Below are positions 43,152-54,584 of a DNA stretch of 64,000 nucleotides, one piece after another (the stretch's first letter is position 1; each line of letters opens with the position of its first letter). The translations under genes and the position numbers were made by a program. Location of the stretch: NCBI GenBank assembly GCA_963844715.1, contig CAWJPJ010000008.1, forward strand, positions 480,001-544,000, written 5' to 3'. This DNA is from an uncultured Phycisphaerales bacterium (GTDB taxonomy: Bacteria; Planctomycetota; Phycisphaerae; Tepidisphaerales; Tepidisphaeraceae). The notes beneath the pieces are model-generated. The model searched no databases, was not told the DNA's origin, and was given only the letters and a program-made list of their open reading frames with translations.

Positions 43152-44030
43152 ATCGGATTTTTTGCAATGGATCGCGGGACAGTCGGCGGGCTCGCCGCTC
43201 GTGAAAGTCGGCGTGGGGGATGACCTGGCGGTGCTGAAATGGGCGGGGGACGATTTGCTTTTGGTGGGGGTGGACCAGGTGATGGATGGGGTGCATTTCG
43301 ATTCGAAGAAACATTCGCCGCGACAGATTGGGAGGAAGGTGGTGAATCGGAATTTTTCGGATTGCGCGGCGATGGGGTGTTTGCCGGCGGCGATCGTGGC
43401 GACGGTGGCGCTGCCGCGGGATTATTCGTGGGAGATGGCGAAGGAGTTTTATTTTGGGCTTGCGCGATGCGGCGGATGCTTTTTCTTGCCCGGTGGTGGG
43501 CGGAGATACCGGGGTTTGGGATGGGAAACTTGTCGCGACGGTGACGGTGCTGGGGAGAAGCGCGGGGGTGAAGCCGGTGACGCGCGGGGGAGCGAAGGCG
43601 GGGGATAAGATTTTTGTCACGGGGGCGCTGGGGGGGAGCATTCTTGGTCGGCATATGGATTTTGTTCCTCGAGTCGAGATGGGGAGGGAGATTGCGCCGC
43701 GGGCTTCGGCGATGATTGATATCAGCGATGGGTTGCTGCGGGATTTGGGGAATATTTGCCGGGCTAGCGACGTGGGGGCGATTGTGGAATCGGCGCGGGT
43801 GCCGATTCATTTGGATGCGGTGGAGTTGGCGAAGCGGGATGGGGTTTCGGCGGTGGAGCATGCTTTGCGCGATGGGGAGGATTATGAGCTTTTGTATTGC
43901 TGCGCGGAGGAGATTGGGGTGGGGAGCTGCGTGGGGAGGATCGTTAGCGAGGCGGGGATTTTTTTGGAGGATGAGAGGGGGAGAGGAGGGCGGCGGAAGT
44001 GCGGGGGTGGAACCCGGAGATTGGTAAGAG
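43141..44030 (+). CDS. thiL: Thiamine-monophosphate kinase (indel near 43455, 3' end uncertain)
   Basis: GVGDDLAV, VHFD, NFSDCAAMG, GGDT, IDISDGL, GEDYEL. Confidence 0.9.
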
Positions 44031-44117
44031 CTAGGCTGGTGGACTCGAGAGGGGCGTGCGGTTGCGCGAAGGCGTTCTTGGGTGGCGATTGGCGTCTTGC
44101 GGCGCCGCGGCTTTCTG

Positions 44118-44447
44118 TCAAGGCTCACACGGCGGATCGAACAGGACGGCGGGTATGTCGCGGGCGCCGTGGAGGACGCGAATCACGTCGATGATGTCGT
44201 CGTGGGTCAGATAGAAGATGAAGTATTTGCGGAAGCCGGGGACTGAACACTTGCGCAGCGTGGCGAGTCTGGGGTGGTCGAGTTCATAGCGCGGCCAGCG
44301 AAGGGGATGGCTGCGGATCTGGCTGTATGTCATTTCAACGGCGTCGTAGAAACGCAGGGCTGCGTTGAGATTGTCCTGGGCGATGAAGAGGGCGGCATCG
44401 TCCACGTCGGCGTCAGCCGCGGGATAGATGCGGAGGCGATATTTCAT
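44118..44447 (-). CDS. RelE/ParE family toxin
   Basis: ADADVDDAALFIAQDNLNAALRF...YFIFY...VIRVLHGARD. Confidence 0.88.
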   Translation of the reverse strand: MKYRLRIYPAADADVDDAALFIAQDNLNAALRFYDAVEMTYSQIRSHPLRWPRYELDHPRLATLRKCSVPGFRKYFIFYLTHDDIIDVIRVLHGARDIPAVLFDPPCEP

Positions 44448-44736
44448 GAGTTCTTGGCGGCGCCGCGGGGCTTGGCCAAGGCGGTTTTTTGGCGCGGAAG
44501 TGCCCTCGCTTGAAGGGGGCGGGGTTGCCGCTGGCGAGTCCATCGAGGAGTTTGGAGGTCAGGGCCTGTCTGGCTTGCTGCCTCTCCTGATCCTGCTGAT
44601 AGCGCTCGCGAAGGACTTCGCGGACGAATTCGCTGGCGGAGCCGTAGACGCCGGATGAGACTTTGCCGTCTACATACTGCTTGAGGGGATGGGGCAGGGA
44701 GACATTCATGGTGACTGTGGCGGGATCGGAGGGCAT
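44444..44736 (-). CDS. ParD-like (RHH) antitoxin, probable 3' indel
   Basis: MNVSLP...YVDGKVSSGVYGSASEFVREVLR; directly upstream of the ParE gene. Confidence 0.85.
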
Positions 44737-44814
44737 AAATCTATTTTATCCTATCGGCCAATTATTGGCAATATTTGGCATAAAGTCCGGATTCCGAACA
44801 CCAAAGCTTTGGCA

Positions 44815-45243
44815 TTAGGAGGGATTTCCATCCAGGAATTCCTGAAGGAAGATGGCGGCGGCGTGGGCGTCCTGGCGGGATTTTTTTTGTTTTCTGGTGA
44901 GGTGTTCGCCGGCCTGGGAGCGGGAGCGGAGGTGCTGGTCGGCTTGGAAGCTGGTTAGGCGCTCGTCCACGTAAATTATGGGTTTGTTGGCGCGGGCGGC
45001 GAGGTCTTGGCCGAATTTTTTTGTGGATTGGGCGGCGGGGCCTGGGGAGCCGTCCATGTTTAGGGGGAGGCCTATTACGATTCTTTCTACTTGTTCCTGG
45101 GCGATTACTTTTAGGATTTTTTCTATGGCTTGGGCGGGGGTTTTGATTTGTAGGACGGAGTGGGGGGTGGCTAGTTTTGCGGCGGCGTCGCTTAGGGCGA
45201 GGCCGACTCGGCGGGTGCCGAGGTCGATCGCGAGAGTTCGCAT
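44815..45243 (-). CDS. ruvX: RuvX/YqgF pre-16S rRNA nuclease
   Basis: LAIDLGTRRVGLALSD, IGLPLNMDG, DERLTS, DAHAAAIFLQ. Confidence 0.93.
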   Translation of the reverse strand: MRTLAIDLGTRRVGLALSDAAAKLATPHSVLQIKTPAQAIEKILKVIAQEQVERIVIGLPLNMDGSPGPAAQSTKKFGQDLAARANKPIIYVDERLTSFQADQHLRSRSQAGEHLTRKQKKSRQDAHAAAIFLQEFLDGNPS

Positions 45244-45400
45244 TTTGTTATTTTATACGGATCATACTTCAATCGCGCGACGGGTTTGACGCTTTATTCC
45301 GGTACGAAAGGCAAAGAACCCTCACCCGTCCTGCGGAAACTGGCGGAAGACAGGGCGAGGGAGAAAACGGGCGCACGAGCTTCGAGCGCGAACCGTTTCA

Positions 45401-46497
45401 TTACTGATATTTGTCTCCGAATTTTTCTTTTAGCTTGGTGACTAGTTCTTTGACCCGTTGCGCTTGTTCTTTGGGGCAGACGAGGGTTACGTCGCGGCAG
45501 TGGACTACGATCATGTCGCTTAGTCCTATGGTGGTGACGAGATGGTCGGGGTCGTCGCTGACGATGACGTTGTCGTCGGAGTCGAGGAAGAGGCCTTTGG
45601 GGCAGCTTACGGCGTTGTTGTGATCGTCGGTGTTGAGGGTTTCGGCTAGGGCGGGCCAGGAGCCTACGTCGAGCCAATCGACGGGCATTTCTACGACGAC
45701 GACGTGGGCGGGGCCTTTGGTGTCGTGGCTGGCGGGTTCCATGATGGCGTAGTCGATGCTGATTCTGGAAGGCGCGGGTAGACCTCGCGGAGAACGGCGT
45801 CCTGATTTGGCGTGCCCCAGGCGTTGGCGATCTGCTGAAGGCCGCGATAGGCGGCGGGGAGATGGGTCTGCAATTCGGAGAGGACGGTTTTGCAGCGCCA
45901 GACGAACATGCCGCTGTTCCAGTAGTAGCGGCCGGATTCGACGTAGCGGTCGGCCAGCGCCTTGTCGGGTTTTTCGTAGAAGCCCAGGACGCGATAGGCG
46001 CCGGGGACGTCGATGGCTTCGCCGCGGTGGATGTAGCCGAGGCCGGTGTGGCCGTGGGTGGGGACGATGCCGAAGGTGACCAGGGCGCTCGGGCGCTGGG
46101 CGACGACAGTGAAGGCGGTTTCGAGCGCTTTGTGGAATTTTTCGATGGGTTCGATGACGTGGTCGGCGGAGACGACGGCGCAGACGGCTTCGGGGTCATT
46201 TTTTGAGAGGATGGCGGCGGGGAAACCGACGGCGTTGGCGGTGTCGCGGCCCATGGGCTCGCCGAGGAGATTTTTTGGGGGAAGCTCGGGGAGATTTCGC
46301 AGGACAGCTTCGGCGTGGGCGGCGGCGGTGCAGACGTAAATCTGTTCGGCAGGGATCATGCCTCGGAGGCGTTCGTAGCTGAGTTGGAGGAGGCTTTTGC
46401 CGTCGACGATGGGGAGAAGCTGCTTGGGAACGGTGCTTCTGGAGAGAGGCCAGAGGCGAGTTCCGGACCCGCCCGCCATGATCACGCCGTATCGCAT
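45401..46497 (-). CDS. manC: Mannose-1-phosphate guanylyltransferase (frameshift near 45768)
   Basis: IMAGGSGTRLWPLSR..PKQ, EPMGRDTA, EKP, WNSGMF, SIDYAIME, WLDVGSW. Confidence 0.92.
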
Positions 46498-46580
46498 AAA
46501 TTCTGACTGGGATTATAGCAGGAAGAGGGGAAGGAAACGATGAAGGATGAACGATGAATTATGAAGTGAAGACAGCGCTC

Positions 46581-47741
46581 TTATTTAAGCGGGGACAAGA
46601 GTGGGAGGGTGGGGAACCAGAATTTGGCGGAGTTGAAATCGACTCGGTCGTCTACGTCGACGGGGGTGAGGGATTTTCCTTTTAGGGGGCCGGCGATGGC
46701 GTGGCCGTCGGCGGTCCAGAAGCTGCGGCTGTCCATGTCGATCATGATGGCGGGGGCGTGTTTGTGGGCGCGGTCGGGGATGAATTGGGGGAATAGATCT
46801 TCGTCAACCTGGCGGAGGAAGACGCGGGCGGAGCCGGTGGCGGGATCGCGCAGGATGAGGAGGGGCGGGTCGGAGAAATTTTTGGGAGCGGCGCCGATTT
46901 GATCGTCGGGGACGGCGGAGGTTTGTGTGGTGCAAATGAGAGCTACGGGCGTGTTTTTGGGGAAAACGGCGTCGGGGGTGGGATAGGCGGTGAGGAGGGG
47001 GCGGGTGGGGGCACCCGCGACGTCGGCGTCGGGAGGATAGAGGACTCGGGTTTGGGGATGATCGAGGGCGCATCGCTTCCAGGTGGTTTTGACGGTGGGG
47101 ATGGATTGGCCGAATCCGGCGGGTTTTTCGCCGCGCGGGGTGAGGCCGGTCATGCCGCTGATGAACTGGCCGAGGCGTGTGTTGTAGATCAGCAGCGTGT
47201 TGGCGGGGATGGAGACGATCTGAAGATCGCGGGGCTTGATGGAGCGATCGATGCGGATGGCCAGGGCGCGGTTGGCGAAGGCGGACCAGATGAGGACGAG
47301 GGGTTTATCCTGCTGGGTTTGAATGACGAGGGGGCGGGAGTAAAGGAAGCGGTATGGGTAGGCGATGGGGCCGTCGGAGTCGATTAGGCCTACGACCCAA
47401 TCGTCGTCGGCGGTGAAGTTATCGGCGGAGACGAAGACGGGGTCGGTGTTGACGCGAAAAGTCTGGGCCGAGTCGGGGGAGAAATGGTGAGCGAGTAGGG
47501 CCAGGACGGGGGCGAGGCCGAGGAGCCACCATGATCGAGTTCTTCCAGCGACGACGAGAGCGATGAGGATTAGGCAGAGGATGATGGAGACAGCGACGAG
47601 GGGCCATTCAAGGCGGCGGGTGAGGAGAATGAGCTGGAGGCCGAAATGGAACTGGCACCAGCCGGGGTGAACGCCGAAGGCGACGATTAAAACGGCAATT
47701 ACGGCGGGGATCAGAAGGGCCAGAGGCAAAAACACTTGCAC
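46581..47741 (-). CDS. Membrane-anchored DUF3179-like protein
   Basis: Three N-terminal TMs; DDWVVGL...IAYP, TTWK...HPQTRVL, GHAIAGPLKG; start uncertain. Confidence 0.6.
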   Translation of the reverse strand: MQVFLPLALLIPAVIAVLIVAFGVHPGWCQFHFGLQLILLTRRLEWPLVAVSIILCLILIALVVAGRTRSWWLLGLAPVLALLAHHFSPDSAQTFRVNTDPVFVSADNFTADDDWVVGLIDSDGPIAYPYRFLYSRPLVIQTQQDKPLVLIWSAFANRALAIRIDRSIKPRDLQIVSIPANTLLIYNTRLGQFISGMTGLTPRGEKPAGFGQSIPTVKTTWKRCALDHPQTRVLYPPDADVAGAPTRPLLTAYPTPDAVFPKNTPVALICTTQTSAVPDDQIGAAPKNFSDPPLLILRDPATGSARVFLRQVDEDLFPQFIPDRAHKHAPAIMIDMDSRSFWTADGHAIAGPLKGKSLTPVDVDDRVDFNSAKFWFPTLPLLSPLK

Positions 47742-47758
47742 AACGGTACACTTTCGGC

Positions 47759-48712
47759 ATGAGTCGGCAAGACGCATTGGTGATCATGACGGAAGGTTCT
47801 GACGCGCGTCCGAAGGAGTGGCTGCGCGAGCGGGTGAGGCTGGTGGAGATGCCGGCGACCGATCCGCAATTTATTTCGCAATTAGCGGAAGCGCAGGGAT
47901 TGCTCGTGCGGACGTATACAAAGGTGAATGGGGCGCTATTGGATAAAGCGCCGAAGTTGAGAGTGGTGGGGCGGGGCGGGGTAGGGCTGGAGAATATTGA
48001 CGTGAAGGAGTGCCGGCGGCGGGGGATTGAGGTGGTGTATACGCCGGATGCGAATACCTGGGCGGTGGGGGATTTTATTTTTGGGTATATCCTTCAGCTT
48101 TTGAGGCCTTGGGAATTTTTTCGGGACAAGGCGTACGAGCCGAAGGAATTCAAACGGATTCGGGACACGGGTCGGGGGAGGCAGCTGAATGAATTGACGA
48201 TCGGGATATTGGGGATGGGGCGCGTGGGGCGGCGCGTGGGGCATATCGCGGCCAATGGGTTTGGGATGCGGGTGATTTACAACGACGTTCAGGATGTGGG
48301 CGGGCTGGTTAAATTTCCGGCGGAGGCGGTGGAGAAGGATCGGCTTTATCGCGAGGCGGACATTTTGACGATACATGTGGACATGCGCGAGGGGAACGAG
48401 AATTTGGTGGGGGCGGCGCAGATTGGGATGATGAAGCCGACGGCGATATTGCTGAATACAAGCCGGGGGGAAGTTTTGGACGCGGGGGCTTTGGCGAGCG
48501 CGATTCGGGAGAAGAGGTTGTTTGGGGCGGCATTGGATGTGTATTGGCCGGAGCCTCCGAAGGGGGATTTTCCGCTGTTGGGATTGGAGCGGGTGCTGCT
48601 GACGCCGCATCTGGCGGCGCGGACGACGACGGCGATGGAAAATATGAGCTGGGTGGTTCGGGATATTGTGGAAGTGCTGGAAGGGAGAAAGCCGAAGTAT
48701 CCGGCTCCGTGA
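47759..48712 (+). CDS. D-isomer 2-hydroxyacid dehydrogenase (SerA-like)
   Basis: GRGGVGLENID, GILGMGRVG, LNTSRG, ALDVYWPEP, TPHLAA. Confidence 0.9.
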   Translation: MSRQDALVIMTEGSDARPKEWLRERVRLVEMPATDPQFISQLAEAQGLLVRTYTKVNGALLDKAPKLRVVGRGGVGLENIDVKECRRRGIEVVYTPDANTWAVGDFIFGYILQLLRPWEFFRDKAYEPKEFKRIRDTGRGRQLNELTIGILGMGRVGRRVGHIAANGFGMRVIYNDVQDVGGLVKFPAEAVEKDRLYREADILTIHVDMREGNENLVGAAQIGMMKPTAILLNTSRGEVLDAGALASAIREKRLFGAALDVYWPEPPKGDFPLLGLERVLLTPHLAARTTTAMENMSWVVRDIVEVLEGRKPKYPAP

Positions 48713-48727
48713 AGGAGAGGGAGTAGG

Positions 48728-50495
48728 GTGGGATTTCTGGAAAATCTGGAAGCGCGGGGAGAGAGCGTGGAGTCGCTGACTGCGGCGAGGGAGGCGCGGC
48801 GCGCGCTGGCGGAATATTGGCTGGAACTTTCGGATGGGGAGGCGGAGCGAGAGTTTTCGGGGGAGATGGGGCGGATTCATTTGCAAATGGCGGTCGCGGG
48901 GGTGCGGGCCGGGATGGTGAGCGGCGCGGATGAGCGCGGCGCGAAAAGGTTTTGGAAGCGGCGGGGGATATGCCGAGCGCGGGGGCGATGTTGGCGGCGA
49001 TGCTGATGTTTTTTCCGCATCAGCTTCCTCGGTTGTGGGAGGTGGAGCGGACGCCGGAATGGCTTACGAGCGCCTATCTGGGGTTTAGCTTGTATCTGCC
49101 TCGGGTTTATCGACAGCGCGATGATCCGGACAGGGCGGTGGATTATTTGCGGGGGCATTTGCGGCGGCTGAGGGAAATTGTGTCGAGCGATGCGCCGGCC
49201 GCGCTGCGCGGGAAGATTCTGGATGCGGCGGCGGGGATGAAGGTGACGCCGGCGTATTTTTCGCGGCGGAATTTGCGCGAGGTGATGCGCGATCGGGCGT
49301 GGCTGCTGGAGGCTTGGCTGACGGCGAGGGGGCACCGGCTGGATCATTCGTTTTCGCGGCGCGTCGGGGGGAGCGGATTCGGGTGGGTGTGGTTGCGCTG
49401 GGGGTTGGGGCGGAGACGGAGACTTTCGCGGCGCTGCCGCTGTATCGGTATCTGGATCGCGGAAAATTTGAAGTGATTTTGATCGTGTGCAAATGGGGAG
49501 AGAGTGAGATGGATCGGTTTTGCCGGGGGCTGGCGGATCGGACGGTGCTGCTCGGCGGGGATTTAGCGGGTCAAGTCGCGGCGATTCGCGCGCTGGATCT
49601 GGATGTGGCGCTGGTCACGACGAACCTCACCGCTGCGACGAATCAGATCGCGATCCTGGCGGCGCATCGGCTGGGGCGGGTGCAGATCGCGGCGGTCAAT
49701 TCGTGTGTGACGACGGGGTTTCGAAATATCGACGCGCATCTTTCGGGGACGCTGGTTGAAGGGGCGAATGCGGCGGAGGATTACACGGAGAAGCTGATTC
49801 AACTCAAGGGGGCGGGGCATTGTTACGATTTTGGAACGGAGCGATTGGGGCCGCCGGAGGAGCGGGTTGGGCGCCGGGAATTTGGCGTTGGGGAAGAGGA
49901 AGTGGTTTTCGTTTCGGGGGCCAACGCGTACAAGATCGTTCCGGAACTGGAAGAGGCGTGGGCGAAGATTTTGGCGCGGACGCCTGGGTCGCGGCTGGTG
50001 CTGCATCCGGATAACCCGAATTGGATGGCGAAATTTCCGTTTGCCGCATGGATCGAGCGAATGAACGCGACGCTGGCGGCGCATGGCGCGGGGGCGGATC
50101 GGGTGGCGCTGCTCGAACGGGCGCCCGGTCGGCAGGAAGTGCTGCGGCGGATGATGGCGGGGGATGTGTATCTGGATTCGTTTCCGTTTTCGGGAGCGAC
50201 GACGATTTTGGACGGACTGGTTTGCGGGCTTGTGCCGGTGACGATGGAGGGAGGGAATTTCAGATCGAAATTGGGGGAAGGGATGATGAGGGAGTTAGGT
50301 GTGCCGGAGTGCATTGCCAGGGATGCTGGGGAGTATGTGGAGATGGCGGTCCGGTTGGGGATGGAGGGTGGGTTTCGGGAGGCGATCAAAAAGAAAATAT
50401 CGGGGGCTTTGAAGGGTGGGCCGCAGTTTTTGGATGGGAGGAGTTATGGGCTCGGGGTTGGGGAAGCGCTCTTGGAAATGACGAATGATAAGTGA
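48728..50495 (+). CDS. GT41 (HMW1C/OGT-like) protein glycosyltransferase, split by indels near 48940 and 49360
   Basis: RLGRVQ, VTTGFRNID, YTEKL, YKIVPE, DVYLDSFPFSGATT. Confidence 0.8.
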
Positions 50496-50767
50496 ACGCT
50501 CCACCCCCATAGGGGGTGGCTTCAGGTAGCCCCGTCGAAGGGGGCGTGGGGGTTTTCGAGGTTCGAATTTTTGTTGGCGTCTCGCGCATCTGTCCCCTCG
50601 CCCCGGTACTCCGGGGAGAGGGTTAGGGTGAGGGGCGGCACTCGACAACCGAAAAACGCCCCTCACCCTAACCCTCTCCCCGTGAGTACACAGGGAGAGG
50701 GGATAAATTTCTCGAACTGCAGAGCCACACAGGGTCGCACGGCCATAGGCCGTGGTTTCATGTAGTA
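50492..50767 (-). mobile_element. Non-autonomous IS200/IS605-family element (PATE-like, 276 bp), inserted 3' of TCAT without target duplication
   Basis: Minus strand: TCAT|TACTACAT-GAAA-CCACGGCCTATGGCCGTG left hairpin; GAAG-CCACCCCCTATGGGGGTGG-AGCGT-TCAC| right end; removal restores the host arm exactly. Confidence 0.8.
50593..50703. repeat. REP-like inverted doublet nested in the IS200/IS605 remnant
   Basis: TCCCCTCGCCCCGGTACTCCGGGGAGAGGGTTAGGGTGAGGGGCG ... CGCCCCTCACCCTAACCCTCTCCCCGTGAGTACACAGGGAGAGGGGA. Confidence 0.88.
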
Positions 50768-50846
50768 ATGACGAATGACGAATCAAATTCCAATGTCCAA
50801 ATGATCGAAGCGCCATTCGGTCATTCGAACATTGATTCGTCATTCG

Positions 50847-51404
50847 TCATTTATCATTCGTCATTTCCGAGACTACGTTTCGCATCTTTTCGTATTCGCT
50901 GTCGATTAGGGCGGGGATCGCGGCGCCGACGTTAACGGCTTTCTCGAGGGGGACCCAGCTTTTGCAGCCGGCGTAGGCGGGGGTGTTTTGGATTGTGATG
51001 GGGGTGGGGAGTTTGTAGGCGCGGACGAGGAGCAGATAGAGGGGGTTTTCTGGGCGGTAGTTGAAGCGCATGTCGATTAGGGCGGGGGTCCAGATGTGAT
51101 GGGCGTCCAGGGCGTCCATGACGGCGCGGGAATGCATGGGGATGATGTCTGTGATTTGGACGGCGGCGGTTAGGTTGATTTGGTCGGGCTCGGCGGTGAG
51201 TTTTTGCAGGTTCACGCCGGGTTTTAGCATTGGGGGGTTTTGATGGACATAGGTCGGGAAGAGGAGAAATTCGGGGTGTTCGATTTCGAATTCGCCGGCG
51301 GATTCGTGGATGCCGCCTTTTCGGAGGAGGAGGATTTGGCGGCCGGAGGCGAGGGCGTCGCAGACGGTTTGCCATTCTTTCAGGGCGACTTGGAGTTGCG
51401 CAGG
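50847..51404 (-). CDS. DUF1802 family protein (start codon unclear)
   Basis: VALKEW...GRQILLLRKGGIHE...FLLFPTYVHQ...YAGCKSWV; open frame extends up to the obgE stop. Confidence 0.8.
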   Translation of the reverse strand, partial: PAQLQVALKEWQTVCDALASGRQILLLRKGGIHESAGEFEIEHPEFLLFPTYVHQNPPMLKPGVNLQKLTAEPDQINLTAAVQITDIIPMHSRAVMDALDAHHIWTPALIDMRFNYRPENPLYLLLVRAYKLPTPITIQNTPAYAGCKSWVPLEKAVNVGAAIPALIDSEYEKMRNVVSEMTNDK

Positions 51405-52512
<1,108 letters not shown>

Positions 52513-52515
52513 GGT

Positions 52516-52767
52516 CTAAACGGCCGCTTGCTCGGCGCGGATGTGGACTTTTCGGCCTTGGAACTCGACTTTGCCATCTTTGAGGGCGAAGAGGGTGTCG
52601 TCGCTGCCGATGCCTACGTTGAAGCCTGGGTGGAACTTGGTTCCGCGCTGGCGGATGATGATGGAGCCTGCGGTGATGAATTGTCCGCCGTAGGCTTTTA
52701 CGCCTCGGTATTGGGGGTTGCTGTCGCGTCCGTTCTTGGTGGAGCCTTGTCCTTTTTTATGTGCCAT
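52516..52767 (-). CDS. rpmA: 50S ribosomal protein L27
   Basis: [24 protein letters not shown]...[12 protein letters not shown]. Confidence 0.97.
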   Translation of the reverse strand: MAHKKGQGSTKNGRDSNPQYRGVKAYGGQFITAGSIIIRQRGTKFHPGFNVGIGSDDTLFALKDGKVEFQGRKVHIRAEQAAV

Positions 52768-52778
52768 GAGTCACCTTT

Positions 52779-53410
52779 TTATCGCATCACGTATTGGGAA
52801 TCCTGCAGAACGAGGCGCCGTCGCCTTCGTGAAGGGCGTCGGCATCGAGATGGAACGTCTGCTGTAAAGTTTTGTGGAGGATGACGGTTTGGTCGCCGAG
52901 TTTGACGGTGGCGGAATCACCCCAGAAGCCTGCGGCGAAGATGGTGAAGGTTCCCATTCGCGGGTCGGGCTCGGGCCAGATGGCGACGCCGTCCTTGGCC
53001 TGGTCCTCGCCCTGATGAATGGGTCCCGCGACGTCGAGGGCCGATTGAAGGAACTTGATGTGTTCCTTGTCCTGAACGGCGGCGAAGACGGCGGGTTTGA
53101 CATCAATGCTGTCGCTGGCGATGAGCTGGCCGTCCTGGGTGAGCATTTGAAAGCTGGGGTAGAAGAGAATCTTGTCCTGATCGGAGTTATTCACGACGTG
53201 ATAGGTGATATACCAGTAGGCGCGCGGGGCGGAGTCGCCGGGGGTTTGGACGAGGATTCTGCGGGGCTTTGCGAAATCGACGGTGAGTTCCCAGGAAGTG
53301 GGGGCGGTGGAGGGGGTCGGGAAGTCGGCGCGGACGCTGGGTGCGGATAGCCCGAGCGCAAGCAGGATCGCTGCGCCGACTAGCGGCAGAAATAGCGTAG
53401 AGCGCGTCAT
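52779..53410 (-). CDS. Exported hypothetical protein (probable 3' indel)
   Basis: Signal peptide ending VRA, beta-rich body [10 protein letters not shown]; alternate frame ends ...LQDSQYVMR* at 52779. Confidence 0.75.
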
Positions 53411-53567
53411 TCCGGGTCTCCGCAGGATAGAAACGGGTTGAAAAAGCCGCCGGCGGATAGCTATCCACCGGCTTTAGGTTATTCTTATCGCCGGTGGCGA
53501 GGTTGTCAAATACGCAATCAGATGAGGGGGACGGCCTGGAAAATGGGCCTTCGCGGCCGCGTATCGA

Positions 53568-54476
53568 GTGCCGCAGGGCGTGGCGACGGAATTGCCGGGA
53601 GCGGCGGCGATGTTTTTGGGGGCGGAGTGCCACCGGGCGTCGGAGTCGCAGACGCTGGATTTTCTGCGGTACGCGGCGCAAAGGCACATCAATCTGGGGG
53701 AGACCTGGGTGGGGTTGGAAGAGGGGAAATTGGCGTGGTCGATGCTGCCGCTGCTGTCGCCGGGGAGGACGGCGCTGCTGTTTACGGCGGCGGAGTGGTC
53801 TTGCGAGAGTGCGGCGGCGGGGGAACTTGTGGGGTGCGTTTGCCGGGATTTGGCGGGGCGGGACGTGCAACTGGCGCAGGTGCTGATCGATCCGGCGCAA
53901 TTGCCGGCACGGCGTTTTTTTGCGCTTCAGGGGTTTTCGGAAATCGCGGAGCTGAACTATCTGCATGGGCCGGCGCCGCGGTCGGCACAGGGGGCGGTTT
54001 TGCCGAAGGAAATGCGACTGGAAAATTATTCGCCGCAGATGCATGAATTGTTTGGACGGGCGATTTTGGAAAGCTATAAGGAGAGCCTGGACTGTCCGGC
54101 GCTCACGGGAGTTCGGGATATTGAGGACGTGATCGCCGGGCATAAGGCGACGGGCGAATTCGATGCGACGCTTTGGCATATTTTGATTGAGAATTCGAAG
54201 GCGCTGGGGGTGCTGCTGCTGAGCCGGGTGATTGGGGCGGATTCGCTGGAACTGGTTTATCTCGGGTTGTCTCCCGAGGCGCGCGGGCGCGGGTTGGGAG
54301 ACTTGCTGATGAGGCAGGCGATGTTGCAGGTGAATCAGCAGGGGCGGAGGCGGCTTTCGCTGGCGGTGGATCGGCGGAATAATCCGGCGCTGAAGTTGTA
54401 TTACCGGTTCGGGCTGGCGCGGCTGACGAGCAAATTGGCGATGATTCGGAACCTCTCGGGGTTATCCACAAAATAA
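53568..54476 (+). CDS. GNAT acetyltransferase (tandem-GNAT/MshD-like); start uncertain
   Basis: LVYLGLSPEARGRGLG, LAVDRRNNPALKLY. Confidence 0.82.
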   Translation: MPQGVATELPGAAAMFLGAECHRASESQTLDFLRYAAQRHINLGETWVGLEEGKLAWSMLPLLSPGRTALLFTAAEWSCESAAAGELVGCVCRDLAGRDVQLAQVLIDPAQLPARRFFALQGFSEIAELNYLHGPAPRSAQGAVLPKEMRLENYSPQMHELFGRAILESYKESLDCPALTGVRDIEDVIAGHKATGEFDATLWHILIENSKALGVLLLSRVIGADSLELVYLGLSPEARGRGLGDLLMRQAMLQVNQQGRRRLSLAVDRRNNPALKLYYRFGLARLTSKLAMIRNLSGLSTK

Positions 54477-54584
54477 TTAACAATCTGCCCACAGGTCCGA
54501 TAATTTTGTGGATGAAAGGGTGAAAAAACTTTTTTTCAGCCTTTTTGGGGCCGATTCTATGGGCGGATTTGTCGTTGTGGACGG
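54462..54584. promoter_or_regulatory. DnaA-box cluster upstream of dnaA (autoregulation and/or oriC candidate)
   Basis: TTATCCACA 54462-54470 (perfect), CTGCCCACA 54485-54493, TGTGGATGA 54507-54515, TGTGGACGG 54576-54584, AT-rich spacers. Confidence 0.7.

Larger units (their letters stand above)
50474..50868. repeat. AATGACG heptamer palindromic element whose left arm is split by a nested insertion
   Basis: 22-bp ends GGAAATGACGAATGATAAGTGA / TCATTTATCATTCGTCATTTCC (1 mismatch); remainder at 50768-50868. Confidence 0.85.
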
